Shown one piece after another: positions 52,514 to 61,784 of a stretch of 64,000 nt of DNA. Source of the DNA: Sphingopyxis sp. (GTDB taxonomy: Bacteria; Pseudomonadota; Alphaproteobacteria; Sphingomonadales; Sphingomonadaceae); the NCBI GenBank assembly GCA_013821905.1, contig PNJO01000001.1, positions 5,989 to 69,988 on the forward strand. Direction: 5' to 3'. A model generated the notes under the pieces. The model was not told where the DNA came from. It ran no database searches and worked only from the letters and a program-made list of their open reading frames with translations. Position numbers and translations under genes: made by a program. Positions within the stretch are counted from its first letter, which is position 1; each line of letters starts with the position of its first letter.

Positions 52514-54001
52514 TCAAGCCGCTCTGCGCCGTTCTGCTGCGGCCTTCGCCAGCGGTCCGGCCAGATCCTTTTTCAGTATCTTGCCATTCGGATTGAGCGG
52601 CATCACGTCCATCACCAAAAGGGTGCGGGGCACCTTGTTGTCGCCGAGATGCTCCTTGCAAAAGGCGATGATATCGTCGGGCGTCGCGCTTTCGCCGGGG
52701 CGCAGCGTGACAGCGGCCGCAATGTCTTCGCCCAGCACCTCGTGCGGGACGCCGACGACCGCTGCCTGCTGGACCGCCGGGTGAAGGTGGAGCGCGGTTT
52801 CGATCTCGAGCGGCGTGATATTATAGCCGCCGCGAATTATCAGCTCCTTGGACCGTCCCGCCATGATGAGGTCGCCGTCGGCATCGACGAAGCCGAGGTC
52901 GCCGGTCTTGGTCCAGCCGCCCTTGAAGCTCGCCGCCGTCGCTTCGGCATCGTTCCAGTAGCGACGCGGATGCTTCTGCCAGCCGAAGATTTCGCCGACG
53001 ACGCCGGGCTCGGTAATGACGTTTCCGGCTTCGTCGCGAAGCTGCATATGCGGCGGCAGTTTGCCGACGCAGCCGGGTTTGCGGACCTGTTCCTGGCTCG
53101 TCGTGCCCACGCCGATGCCGCCTTCGGACATGCCGTAGCTGTTGCGCATCCGGACGTGGGGCCAGAGCTTCAGCGCACGCTCGACCGAATCATGCGGCAG
53201 GGGCGCGGTGCCGGTCATCAGATACTTGACCCCCGCAAAATCATAGTTCGCGACGTCGGGGTGATCGAGGATCAGCCGCAGCATCGAGGGAACCAGATAG
53301 ACGAGGTTCGGCTGCTTTTCGCGGACGAGGTCCAGAAAGCCCTTGGGGTCGAACTTCTGCTGGGTGATGGCGGTCGCGCCGCCGCGGGCGGGCAGCATGA
53401 CGATGCCGATGTTGCCACCCGACCCGGTAAGCGGAAGGGCGCTCAACGTCGAGCGCGAACGGTCCATATTGTGACCTGTGACCCCGGTCATCAGGTCGGG
53501 GTGCGACACCACGACGCCCTTGATCTTGCCCGTGGTTCCCGACGTTCCAAGGATCTCCGCGTCGGCATTGGGATCGAGGCCCGCCTGATCGGGCAGAGCG
53601 CCGATGTCGCGCGGCATGGCATCGACGTGCCAGCTGCCCGCAAGATCGAGCTCCTTCACGAGGTCCGGCGTGTCGGTCAGGCAGAAGCGCGGTTCGCATA
53701 GCGCGGCATAATCTACGATTTCGCGGGGATTGAGGCGCGTATTGATCGGGCAGGCGATGCCGCCGGCGCGAAAGACAGCGAACACCGCGATCGCCATTTC
53801 GACCGCACGCATGTTGCTGATCGGCAGGAAGACGCGGTCGCCAGGCACGAGGCCTGCGGCTGTCAACCCGCCGCCGACTTCATCGGCCTCGCGGTCCCAC
53901 TCGGCGAAGGTGATCTGCCGCCTGACGTCGTCGTGCGCGATCTCATTTGCCTGATGCGACGCGCGCACCTTCAATGCATCGCTGATGCGGCGAACTTCCA
54001 T
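52514..54001 (-). CDS. AMP-dependent acyl-CoA synthetase
   Basis: ILGTSGTTGKIKGVVVSH is motif I. GEIFGW...YWN, WTKTGDLG and NPNGKILKKDL are also present. Confidence 0.9.
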   Translation of the reverse strand: MEVRRISDALKVRASHQANEIAHDDVRRQITFAEWDREADEVGGGLTAAGLVPGDRVFLPISNMRAVEMAIAVFAVFRAGGIACPINTRLNPREIVDYAALCEPRFCLTDTPDLVKELDLAGSWHVDAMPRDIGALPDQAGLDPNADAEILGTSGTTGKIKGVVVSHPDLMTGVTGHNMDRSRSTLSALPLTGSGGNIGIVMLPARGGATAITQQKFDPKGFLDLVREKQPNLVYLVPSMLRLILDHPDVANYDFAGVKYLMTGTAPLPHDSVERALKLWPHVRMRNSYGMSEGGIGVGTTSQEQVRKPGCVGKLPPHMQLRDEAGNVITEPGVVGEIFGWQKHPRRYWNDAEATAASFKGGWTKTGDLGFVDADGDLIMAGRSKELIIRGGYNITPLEIETALHLHPAVQQAAVVGVPHEVLGEDIAAAVTLRPGESATPDDIIAFCKEHLGDNKVPRTLLVMDVMPLNPNGKILKKDLAGPLAKAAAERRRAA

Positions 54002-54043
54002 TGTGCACTATCCCCTTGCGTGACTTGTGAGGATATATTACCT

Positions 54044-54055
54044 AGTTATATAACT
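54044..54055. promoter_or_regulatory. operator-like perfect palindrome AGTTATATAACT
   Basis: Lies in the divergent intergenic region between the acyl-CoA synthetase (54001, -) and the hydratase gene (54076, +). Context: TTACCTAGTTATATAACTCGTGAC. Confidence 0.55.
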
Positions 54056-54075
54056 CGTGACAAGGGAGATATGCG

Positions 54076-55362
54076 GTGGCCGATACGAAAGAAGATATCA
54101 AGCAGAGCGACGAATGGCAGAAAGCCGTCGATTACGAGATCACCGACCATGATATCGAGCGCCAGCGCCAGCTGCTCGGATTCGATCAGGCCGCAAAGAC
54201 CCGCGAATATATCCAGACGGCAACCGAAGATAATATCCGCAACTTCGCGCATGGCTGCGGTGACGACAATCCGCTCTATTGCGATCCGCATTATGCGAAG
54301 AAGACGCGCTGGGGCGGCGTTATCGCGCCCGGCATGTTCACCGGCATGATTAACCGGCCGATGAAGGGCGATCCCGTACCCGAAGAGATCAAGGCGCTGC
54401 GCAAGAGCCTGTTCAAGGGCATCCACGTCTTTGTGTCGGGGTCGACCTGGGACTTCTATCGTCCCGTGCGCCCCGGTGACACGATCTACAGCTTCAACGG
54501 CGACGAGTCGGTCGAGGTGAAGAGTTCCGAATTCGCCGGCAAGTCGGTCATTTCGGTCCGCCGCGACGTCAAGGTGAACCAGCGCGGCGAAGTCGTCGCC
54601 GTCTATCGTATCCTGCGCGTTCTGACCGAACGCAAGACGGCGGCGAAGAAAGGCAAGAATCTCTCGATCCAGCCTGCGACCTACACCGAGGAGGAGTTCG
54701 CCAAGATCGAGGAAGTCTACGCGAACGAGAAGGTACAGGGCGCGGCGAAGCGCTGGTTCGAGGATGTCGAGCCCGGCGACAGCCTCGGCACGCAGGCCAA
54801 GGGCCCGCTGACCGTCACCGACGTGATCTGTTTCCATTCGGGCGGCTATGGTTTCGTGCCCTACGCGCCGACGGCCAACCGCCTCGCGCACAAGAATCGC
54901 CAGCGCATTCCGGCCTTCTACGTGAAGAACGAACATGGCATTCCCGACGTCGCGCAGCGGCTGCACTGGGATCCGGTGTGGGCGCAGGCGATCGGCAACC
55001 CGATGGCCTATGACTATGGCGTGATGCGCGAAAACTTCCTCTACCAGTATCTGTCGGACTGGTGCGGAGACGATGCGATCATCCTTCACGTCCATGACGA
55101 GATCCGCAAGTTCAACTATATGGGCGACGTCCAGACCGTGACCGGCAAAATTCTCGCCAAGCGACAGGAAGGCGGCCAGAATCTGGTCGATGTTGCGGTG
55201 GCCTTCACCAACCAGCGCGGCGAGGAATCGGTCCGCGCGACCGCGACCATTGCCTTGCCGAGCAAGGATAATGCCCTGCCGATGTATCCCGAGGTTCCGG
55301 CGGACCTCGCGCAGAAGGCGGCGAAGATGATGGCGCGGCACTGGGAACTTGGCGGCGATTGA
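54076..55362 (+). CDS. MaoC-like (R)-specific enoyl-CoA hydratase / acyl dehydratase, double hot-dog
   Basis: GTG start 7 nt after AGGGAG. IRNFAHGCGDDNPLYCDPHYAKKTRWGGVIAPGMF is the MaoC-dehydratase N-terminal-type motif. A second hot-dog-like half follows, ending ...VRATATIALP. Confidence 0.7.
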   Translation: MADTKEDIKQSDEWQKAVDYEITDHDIERQRQLLGFDQAAKTREYIQTATEDNIRNFAHGCGDDNPLYCDPHYAKKTRWGGVIAPGMFTGMINRPMKGDPVPEEIKALRKSLFKGIHVFVSGSTWDFYRPVRPGDTIYSFNGDESVEVKSSEFAGKSVISVRRDVKVNQRGEVVAVYRILRVLTERKTAAKKGKNLSIQPATYTEEEFAKIEEVYANEKVQGAAKRWFEDVEPGDSLGTQAKGPLTVTDVICFHSGGYGFVPYAPTANRLAHKNRQRIPAFYVKNEHGIPDVAQRLHWDPVWAQAIGNPMAYDYGVMRENFLYQYLSDWCGDDAIILHVHDEIRKFNYMGDVQTVTGKILAKRQEGGQNLVDVAVAFTNQRGEESVRATATIALPSKDNALPMYPEVPADLAQKAAKMMARHWELGGD

Positions 55363-55410
55363 TCCGGCCTCCATTTCCTTGGAAGATTGCAGGGCAAAGG
55401 GGGACCATTC

Positions 55411-56208
55411 ATGTCCGAAGTGCTGATCGACGATGATGCGGGCGTTCGCACCATCACCCTCAACCGGCCCGACCGGCTCAATGCGCTGACGGGCTCGATC
55501 ATGGCGCCGCTCGCCGATGCGTGCGCCGATGCGGCGCGCGACGCGTCGGTCGGCTGCGTCGTCGTGACGGGCGCGGGCAGGGGCTTTTGCGCCGGGGGCG
55601 ACCTCAAGGAGGGAGGCGCCGACAAGGCCATCGTGCCCGCCAACGCCGAGAGCGGCAGCCGTGCGGAGCAGAGCTTCGTGCGGCTGCGCGGTTTCATGGA
55701 AACTTCGCGCCTGCTCCATGAAATGGCGAAGCCGACGATCGCCATGATCAACGGCCCGGTCGCGGGCGCGGGCATCGGCATCGCCGGGGCTTGCGACCTG
55801 CGCTTCGCGGCGAAAAGTGCAAGCTTCCTCACCGCCTTCGACCGGATCGGCGCGGGCGGCGATTTCGGCTCGACCTGGTTCTGGACCAAGATCGTCGGCA
55901 CCGGCGTTGCGCGCGAACTCTTCCTGCTGGGCGAGAAGCTGACTGCGGACGAGGCCTTTGCAAAGGGGCTCTACACGCGTCTGTTCGACGATGACGCCTT
56001 GCGCGACGAGACGATGAAGGCCGCCCGCCGGCTCGCCGACGGCCCGCGCATGGGCTACCGCTATATGAAAACCAACCTCAACAACGCCGAGGATTGGGCT
56101 TTCGAGGCGGCGCTCGATGCCGAAGCGCTCAATATGGGCCTGTCGACCAGCGCGACCGCGATGATCTGGCGCGAGAAGAAGAAGCAGGACGAACAGGGCG
56201 GTGGCTGA
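55411..56208 (+). CDS. enoyl-CoA hydratase/isomerase family protein
   Basis: MSEVLIDDDAGVRTITLNRPDRLNAL, VVVTGAGRGFCAGGDL and INGPVAGAGIGIAGACDL. Confidence 0.9.
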   Translation: MSEVLIDDDAGVRTITLNRPDRLNALTGSIMAPLADACADAARDASVGCVVVTGAGRGFCAGGDLKEGGADKAIVPANAESGSRAEQSFVRLRGFMETSRLLHEMAKPTIAMINGPVAGAGIGIAGACDLRFAAKSASFLTAFDRIGAGGDFGSTWFWTKIVGTGVARELFLLGEKLTADEAFAKGLYTRLFDDDALRDETMKAARRLADGPRMGYRYMKTNLNNAEDWAFEAALDAEALNMGLSTSATAMIWREKKKQDEQGGG

Positions 56209-57133
56209 GCCGCTCGACCTGCGGATCGATGTTTCGGATGCGCTGCCCGCCGCGATCACCGGCGGCGAGCCGCTGCATATCGCCGCATGGGTGTTTATGC
56301 CCGACCTCTTGCCCGAAAAGCCGACGGTCGTCACGCTGTTCAACGGCGGGACCTACGATCGCCGCTACTTCCATTTCGAGGTGCCCGGACGCGAGGGCTA
56401 TAGCTGCGCCGAATATCTGAGCGCGCGCGGCCATATCGTCATCCTTCCCGACCATCTCGGCATCGGCGCCAGCGACCGTGCGAAGGATCAGATGCTTGCG
56501 ACGCGCGAGGTCGCGGCGCTCGCGCATCACACCGCGATCGAACGGATCTACGACCAATTACGCGATGGAAGGCTGGCGACGCTTCGGGAATTCGTGAAGG
56601 TCGGTGGCGGCCATTCGATGGGCGGGTTCATGACGATCACCCAGCAGGCGGCGTATCGGACCTACGATCTCTGCCTGATCCTCGGCTATACCGCCGACGG
56701 TGTGCACCTGACGTTCGGCGACCAGCTGGTGCGTGTGCATCCCGGCGATCTCGACCCGACCCAGCCCGACTATGACAAGCGCGACCGGTCGAAACTGCGC
56801 AAAAGCTTCCACTGGGACGATGTTCCCGAGGATGTGATCGCGGTAGATGACGCCCTGCTCGTCGAAGTGCCTTATGTGCTCTCGACGCAGTCGATCATGA
56901 CCGGCATCGTTACCGCCGACGCCGCGAAGATCGACGTGCCGATCTATATCAACCTCGGCGAGCGAGATGTATCGCCGAACCCGCATGCCGAGCCCGGCTA
57001 TTATTCCGCGTGCCGCGACATCACGCTGCATGTCCTGCCGCACTCGGGTCATTGCCAGAATTTCGCGACGACGCGTATCGAGATGTACGACCGCATCGAC
57101 CGCTGGGTGCGCGACCAGGCTGGAGCCCCATGA
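56201..57133 (+). CDS. alpha/beta-hydrolase-fold protein
   Basis: The nucleophile elbow is GGGHSMGG. The GTG start overlaps the upstream stop by 8 nt, but the start is uncertain. Confidence 0.7.
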   Translation: MAEPLDLRIDVSDALPAAITGGEPLHIAAWVFMPDLLPEKPTVVTLFNGGTYDRRYFHFEVPGREGYSCAEYLSARGHIVILPDHLGIGASDRAKDQMLATREVAALAHHTAIERIYDQLRDGRLATLREFVKVGGGHSMGGFMTITQQAAYRTYDLCLILGYTADGVHLTFGDQLVRVHPGDLDPTQPDYDKRDRSKLRKSFHWDDVPEDVIAVDDALLVEVPYVLSTQSIMTGIVTADAAKIDVPIYINLGERDVSPNPHAEPGYYSACRDITLHVLPHSGHCQNFATTRIEMYDRIDRWVRDQAGAP

Positions 57134-57924
57134 CCACCGAACATATCCGTATCGACCGCCATGAGGGCGGTATCGCCGCCGTTACTGTCGCCCGCGCCGA
57201 TATCGGCAACGCCTCCTCGCCCGAGATGCTCGGCGAGATACGCGACGCCTTCGCCGCGCTGTCGGTCGACCGCGAGGTCCGTGCCATCGTCTTTGCCGCC
57301 GAGGGAAAACATTTTTCTGTCGGTGCCGATTTCGCTTTTTTACAGCGACTTACGGTCCTGTCCGCAAGCGAGATCAAGGATACCGTCTACGCCAATTTCC
57401 AGGGCGCGGCGCGCGCCATCTATCGCTGTCCGAAGCCCACGCTTGCGCTGGTGCAGGGCGCCGCCGTCACGGTCGGCTGCGAGCTGGCGCTGGCCTGCGA
57501 TTTCCGCGTCGCTGCCGATTCGGCGATGTTCCAGGAAAGCTGGATCAAGCTCGGCATCATGCCGCCGCTTGGTGGAACCTTCCTGCTCCCGCGCATCGTC
57601 GGCCTCGGCCGCGCGATGGAGATGTGCCTTCGCGGCAAGCAGGTGCGTGCTGAGGAGGCGCTCGCGATCGGGCTGGTGAGCGAAGTGGTAGGCAAGGACG
57701 GGCTTGCCGCGCGCGGTATCGAACTGGCGCGCGAACTCGCCGCTTCGGCCCCGCTCGGTTATGCGACCGTGAAACAGTCGATCCAGCGTGCGCTCGAGAG
57801 CAGCATGGAGGCGGAATGGCAGGCCAATCTGCCCAATCAGGCCTTGCTCCTCGGGAGCCGGGACCATCGTGAAGGGCTGGCCGCAATCACCGAAAAGCGG
57901 GCACCCGACTTCCGCGGCGAATAG
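57130..57924 (+). CDS. enoyl-CoA hydratase/isomerase family protein
   Basis: ATG 57130 overlaps the upstream stop (ATGA). VFAAEGKHFSVGADF and VQGAAVTVGCELALACDF. Confidence 0.9.
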   Translation: MTTEHIRIDRHEGGIAAVTVARADIGNASSPEMLGEIRDAFAALSVDREVRAIVFAAEGKHFSVGADFAFLQRLTVLSASEIKDTVYANFQGAARAIYRCPKPTLALVQGAAVTVGCELALACDFRVAADSAMFQESWIKLGIMPPLGGTFLLPRIVGLGRAMEMCLRGKQVRAEEALAIGLVSEVVGKDGLAARGIELARELAASAPLGYATVKQSIQRALESSMEAEWQANLPNQALLLGSRDHREGLAAITEKRAPDFRGE

Positions 57925-57926
57925 GG

Positions 57927-58715
57927 TCAGCGGGGGCTGCCCGGCCCCACGAAAATCGTTTGCGTCCCTTTGGCATAGACGCCGTCGACATCGGCGAAGA
58001 CCGTCTGCGCCAGCGCATGGCCGTTCCCCGCACCCTCGGTATGCGCATCGAGCAGGAACCAGTCGCCGCGCGGGAGGCGGAAGAACTGGATCGAGATGTC
58101 GAGATTGGCGTAGCTCCACTCGTGCGCGTGGGTCGCGCTGCCGACCCCGTTGCCGAAGTCGGCGAAGAGGCAGGCCTTGACGAAGGGTGACGCCGGCACG
58201 CCCGACACAATCTCGCCGTCCATGCGCATCCACGATACGCCGCGCCCGGGCTGGCGGACCCCGCCCATGATCGGGCGCGTCTTTATCGCTCCTGCCATGC
58301 TCGCGCCGATCAGGAAGACATCTTCGGGGACGTCGCCGGGAGCGGGATGGGGCTGGGGCGCCGGCAATTCGGGAGTGTCCATATGGCGCGCCAGGAGCAC
58401 ATGGGCTTGCGCTACGGGCTTGCCGGCGGCGAGCAGTTCGATCCGGTAGAGTTGCGCTTGCCGCCCTTGCCGGACCGGGACGATGCGCGGGGTCAGGAGA
58501 GTCTGCGGGACGATGCCGAGGATGTCGATCGTCAGCCGGCAAATCTCGAACTCGGGATCGAAGCCCGCCTCTCCGGCGACATGACCGATCAGCGCGCCGA
58601 TCGGTCCGCCCGCGACAGCATTGGCGAACCATGGATTGCGGGCAAGACCGGAGGGGTCGAAGCCGGCGCCGTCGCGGACGAAATAATGGGGAATGGCGAT
58701 CGTGTCGGTGCTCAT
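57927..58715 (-). CDS. thioesterase-like (TesB-type double hot-dog) family protein
   Basis: ATG 58715 follows AGGGAGG. MSTDTIAIPHYFVRDG...NPWFANAVAGGPIGALIGHV...VRQGRQAQLYRIEL resembles acyl-CoA thioesterase-like proteins. This call is from memory only. Confidence 0.6.
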   Translation of the reverse strand: MSTDTIAIPHYFVRDGAGFDPSGLARNPWFANAVAGGPIGALIGHVAGEAGFDPEFEICRLTIDILGIVPQTLLTPRIVPVRQGRQAQLYRIELLAAGKPVAQAHVLLARHMDTPELPAPQPHPAPGDVPEDVFLIGASMAGAIKTRPIMGGVRQPGRGVSWMRMDGEIVSGVPASPFVKACLFADFGNGVGSATHAHEWSYANLDISIQFFRLPRGDWFLLDAHTEGAGNGHALAQTVFADVDGVYAKGTQTIFVGPGSPR

Positions 58716-58763
58716 CGGGCCCTCCCTAACCTTGGCCGTGCTGGCATACAACATATTTGACGT

Positions 58764-58775
58764 AGTTATATAACT
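58764..58775. promoter_or_regulatory. operator-like perfect palindrome AGTTATATAACT
   Basis: Lies in the divergent intergenic region between the thioesterase-like gene (58715, -) and the ACAD (58814, +). Context: TTTGACGTAGTTATATAACTCGGGCATAG. Confidence 0.55.
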
Positions 58776-58813
58776 CGGGCATAGGATTCGCCAGAAACGA
58801 GGGAGAGCGATCA

Positions 58814-60025
58814 ATGGATTTGAGCTATGGTGAGGCCGCCGAGGCGTTTCGCGCCGAAGTTCGTGGCTTCCTGTCGGCGCACTGGCCGCCCGCACCGGAT
58901 ATGCGCGGCGCCGACCTCAAGCAATTTGTCCGGGAATTCCGCGCGCGGGCGACGGATGCAGGGTTCCTTTATCGCGCGATTCCGAAAATCTATGGCGGGT
59001 CGGAGCAGCCGGTCGACGTCATCAAGGCGCAGGTGATCCGCGAGGAATTCGCCCGGGCCCGTGCGCCGATGGAGGTCGGCGGCAACGGCATGAACATGAC
59101 GGTGCCGACCCTGCTCGAAAAGGGAACGGAGGAACAGAAAGAGCTTTTCATCCGCAAGACGGTGTCGGGCGAATATATCTGGGGGCAGGGCTATTCCGAA
59201 CCCGGGTCGGGCAGCGACCTTGCCAGCGTGCGCACGAAGGGCGAGCTGTCGGCGGACGGCACGAAATGGATCATCAACGGCCAAAAAATCTGGACGTCGC
59301 AAGGCATGCAGTCGACGCACATGTTCATGCTCGTGCGCACCGAACCCGATGCGCCCAAGCATGACGGCATCACCTATCTTCTCATCGACCTCGACCAGCC
59401 CGGGATCACGCGGCGGCCGATCCGCCAGATGACCGGCGAGGAGGGCGATCACACCTTCTGCGAATTCTTCTTCGACAATGCCGAAACCCCGGTGTCGTGG
59501 CAGGTCGGCGAACGCGGCCAGGGCTGGTACGTCAGCCGCACGACGCTGAAGCACGAGCGCGCGAGCATCGGCAGCGCCGACGGCCTCGGGCGCCAGTTCT
59601 CGAAGCTCGTCGAGCTTGCGCAGGAGGTCGGGCGCATCGACGACCCGATCGTCCGCGACAAGCTGGCGCAGATCGAGGGCTTTGTCCTCTCGCACCGCTA
59701 TACGAGCTTCCGCCTGTTCAGCTGTGCCGCGGCGGGCGAAGATCCGGGTCCGGTTTCGTTGATGATGAAGCTTCTCCTCACCGAGACCGGCCATGAAATG
59801 GCGCTGCTCGCGCAGGAACTGATCGGCGAGCATGGCTTCGTCGAACCCGCCGGCGCCGGCGGGCGCGGCAACCGCGGGCCGCGCGGCCCCGAAAAATGGA
59901 TGGATCAGATCATGGGCAGTCTCGGCAATTCGATCGCGGGCGGCGCATCGAACATCCAGCGCAACATCATCGGCGAGCGCGGTCTCGGCTTGCCGCGCGA
60001 TCTCGCGATGAGCGGGGAGCGCTGA
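58814..60025 (+). CDS. acyl-CoA dehydrogenase (larger member of a pair)
   Basis: 403 aa. IWGQGYSEPGSGSDLASVRTKGE...KWIINGQKIWTSQG. Confidence 0.9.
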   Translation: MDLSYGEAAEAFRAEVRGFLSAHWPPAPDMRGADLKQFVREFRARATDAGFLYRAIPKIYGGSEQPVDVIKAQVIREEFARARAPMEVGGNGMNMTVPTLLEKGTEEQKELFIRKTVSGEYIWGQGYSEPGSGSDLASVRTKGELSADGTKWIINGQKIWTSQGMQSTHMFMLVRTEPDAPKHDGITYLLIDLDQPGITRRPIRQMTGEEGDHTFCEFFFDNAETPVSWQVGERGQGWYVSRTTLKHERASIGSADGLGRQFSKLVELAQEVGRIDDPIVRDKLAQIEGFVLSHRYTSFRLFSCAAAGEDPGPVSLMMKLLLTETGHEMALLAQELIGEHGFVEPAGAGGRGNRGPRGPEKWMDQIMGSLGNSIAGGASNIQRNIIGERGLGLPRDLAMSGER

Positions 60026-60026
60026 C

Positions 60027-61043
60027 ATGCACTTCCACCTGACCGAAGAGCAGACGGCGATCCAGGACGCGGTGCGCGGGACGCTCGCCGACAGCTGGCC
60101 GATGGAGCGCATCCACGCCTTTGCCGATGGCGATGCCGATTTCGACGGGGACAGCTGGCAGGCGATGATGGCGCTCGGGCTCGGCGGCATCTTGTTGCCG
60201 GACAGCGGGATGGGACTTCTCGACGCCGCGCTCGTCTGCGAAGTGGCCGGCGAAGCGGCGGCGGCGGGACCGCTGATCGGGCAGCTGCTGGCGGTCGCGG
60301 CGATCGCGCGCAGCGAAAATGAAGCGGCAAAGGCCCATCTCGAAGGGCTGAGTTCGGGTACGACGGTCGCGACCTTGGCCTTTACCGCCGGCGATCCGGC
60401 GGAAGCCGAACTGATGGTGCCCTGCGCCCGCAGCGCGCAGCTGTTCCTCATCGGATCGCGCACGGGAGGGATTGCGCTCGTCGAGGCGGGCGATGCGGTG
60501 ACGATCGCGCCGGTGGCGTCGACCGACCGCAGCCGGCCGGTTTCGAAGGTGACGTTCGCGGGCGCGACGATGCTTCAGCTCTTCGCGCCCGAAGATCCGA
60601 TGACGGCGAAACTCTATGCCGCCGCCCTCGTACTGGCGGCGGCCGATGCGCTCGGCGGCGCACAGAAAGTTACCGATATGAGCGTCGCCTATGCAAAGGA
60701 GCGCGAGCAGTTCGGCCAGCCGATCGGCCGTTTCCAGGGGCTCAAACACCAGCTGGCGCATATGGCGCTCGACGTCGAGCCGGCACGCGCGCTGCTATGG
60801 TACGCAGCCTATGCCTGGGACGCCGACCTGCCCGATGCGGCGCGCGCCGCGGCCATGGCGAAAGCGCATCTGTCCGACGTCTATGTCCGCGCCACACGCG
60901 CCGCGGTCGCCGCGCATGGCGGGATCGGATATACATGGGAATATGGTCTCAATTACTGGTTCCGCCGTGCCGTGTTCGATCGCGCCTGGCTCGGCAGCCC
61001 GTCGATGCAACGCGCCCGCGCGGCGAAATTGGCGGGATGGTGA
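60027..61043 (+). CDS. acyl-CoA dehydrogenase-family protein (smaller member of the pair)
   Basis: 338 aa. Starts 1 nt after the upstream stop. FGQPIGRFQGLKHQLAHM and AAHGGIGYTWEYGL. Confidence 0.85.
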   Translation: MHFHLTEEQTAIQDAVRGTLADSWPMERIHAFADGDADFDGDSWQAMMALGLGGILLPDSGMGLLDAALVCEVAGEAAAAGPLIGQLLAVAAIARSENEAAKAHLEGLSSGTTVATLAFTAGDPAEAELMVPCARSAQLFLIGSRTGGIALVEAGDAVTIAPVASTDRSRPVSKVTFAGATMLQLFAPEDPMTAKLYAAALVLAAADALGGAQKVTDMSVAYAKEREQFGQPIGRFQGLKHQLAHMALDVEPARALLWYAAYAWDADLPDAARAAAMAKAHLSDVYVRATRAAVAAHGGIGYTWEYGLNYWFRRAVFDRAWLGSPSMQRARAAKLAGW

Positions 61044-61046
61044 TAT

Positions 61047-61784
61047 ATGGCTGTTTTCTGTCTTGTCCCCGGAGCCTGGCACGGCGCATGGTGCTGGCAA
61101 CTGGTCGCTCCGCTTCTCGAAGCGCGCGGCCACTATGTATTGCTCCCCGAACTGGTCTCGCTGGGCGAAGATTCGACAAGTCCCGCCGAAGTGACGCTCG
61201 CGCGCTGGGCCGACGATGTCGCGTCGGCCGTGCAGACGGCAGGCGAACCGGTAGTGCTCGTCGGGCATAGCCGCGGGGGTATTATAATCAGCGAGGTCGC
61301 CGAACGTGTGCCATCGGCAGTGGCTTGCCTTGTCTATCTCGCCGCTTTTCTGCTTCCCGACGGGAAAAGCGTCACCGACGTCGCGGTTTCGGCCGAGGAC
61401 GAGGATGCCGGAGCTATGATGACGCCCGACGGACATGGCGGTCTGGCGATCGGTCGTGCGTTCGTGGGTCCGCGCTTTTACAATGAAACCGCAGCCGATT
61501 GGGTCGCGACCGCCGAGAAACTGGTGAAGCCCGAGCCGATTGCCGGGCTTACCACGCCGGTTCATGTGACCCGCCAGAATTTCGGGAGCGTGCCGAGGGC
61601 CTATATCGAGTGCCTGAAGGATATGGCGGTGCCGATCGCACTGCAGCGGACGATGCAGGAAGGCTGGCCGTGCGATCCGGTCGTAACGCTCGATTCGGAT
61701 CATAGTCCGTTCTTTTCAATGCCGGAAGAGCTTGCCGATAGTCTCGACCAGGTCGCTGCCCAAATTGTGCGTGCGCCGGCATGA
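61047..61784 (+). CDS. alpha/beta hydrolase (esterase-like)
   Basis: MAVFCLVPGAWHGAWCW, the nucleophile elbow VLVGHSRGG, and a C-terminal DSDHSPFFS. Confidence 0.75.
   Translation: MAVFCLVPGAWHGAWCWQLVAPLLEARGHYVLLPELVSLGEDSTSPAEVTLARWADDVASAVQTAGEPVVLVGHSRGGIIISEVAERVPSAVACLVYLAAFLLPDGKSVTDVAVSAEDEDAGAMMTPDGHGGLAIGRAFVGPRFYNETAADWVATAEKLVKPEPIAGLTTPVHVTRQNFGSVPRAYIECLKDMAVPIALQRTMQEGWPCDPVVTLDSDHSPFFSMPEELADSLDQVAAQIVRAPA

Noticed and set aside
54046-56343. 765-aa - strand ORF opposite the hydratase and crotonase genes
   Set aside because: This is a shadow ORF; the + strand genes have RBSs and family motifs.
57340-60463. 430-aa and 550-aa - strand ORFs and related ORFs
   Set aside because: These are Arg/Pro-rich shadows of the crotonase, thioesterase and ACAD genes.
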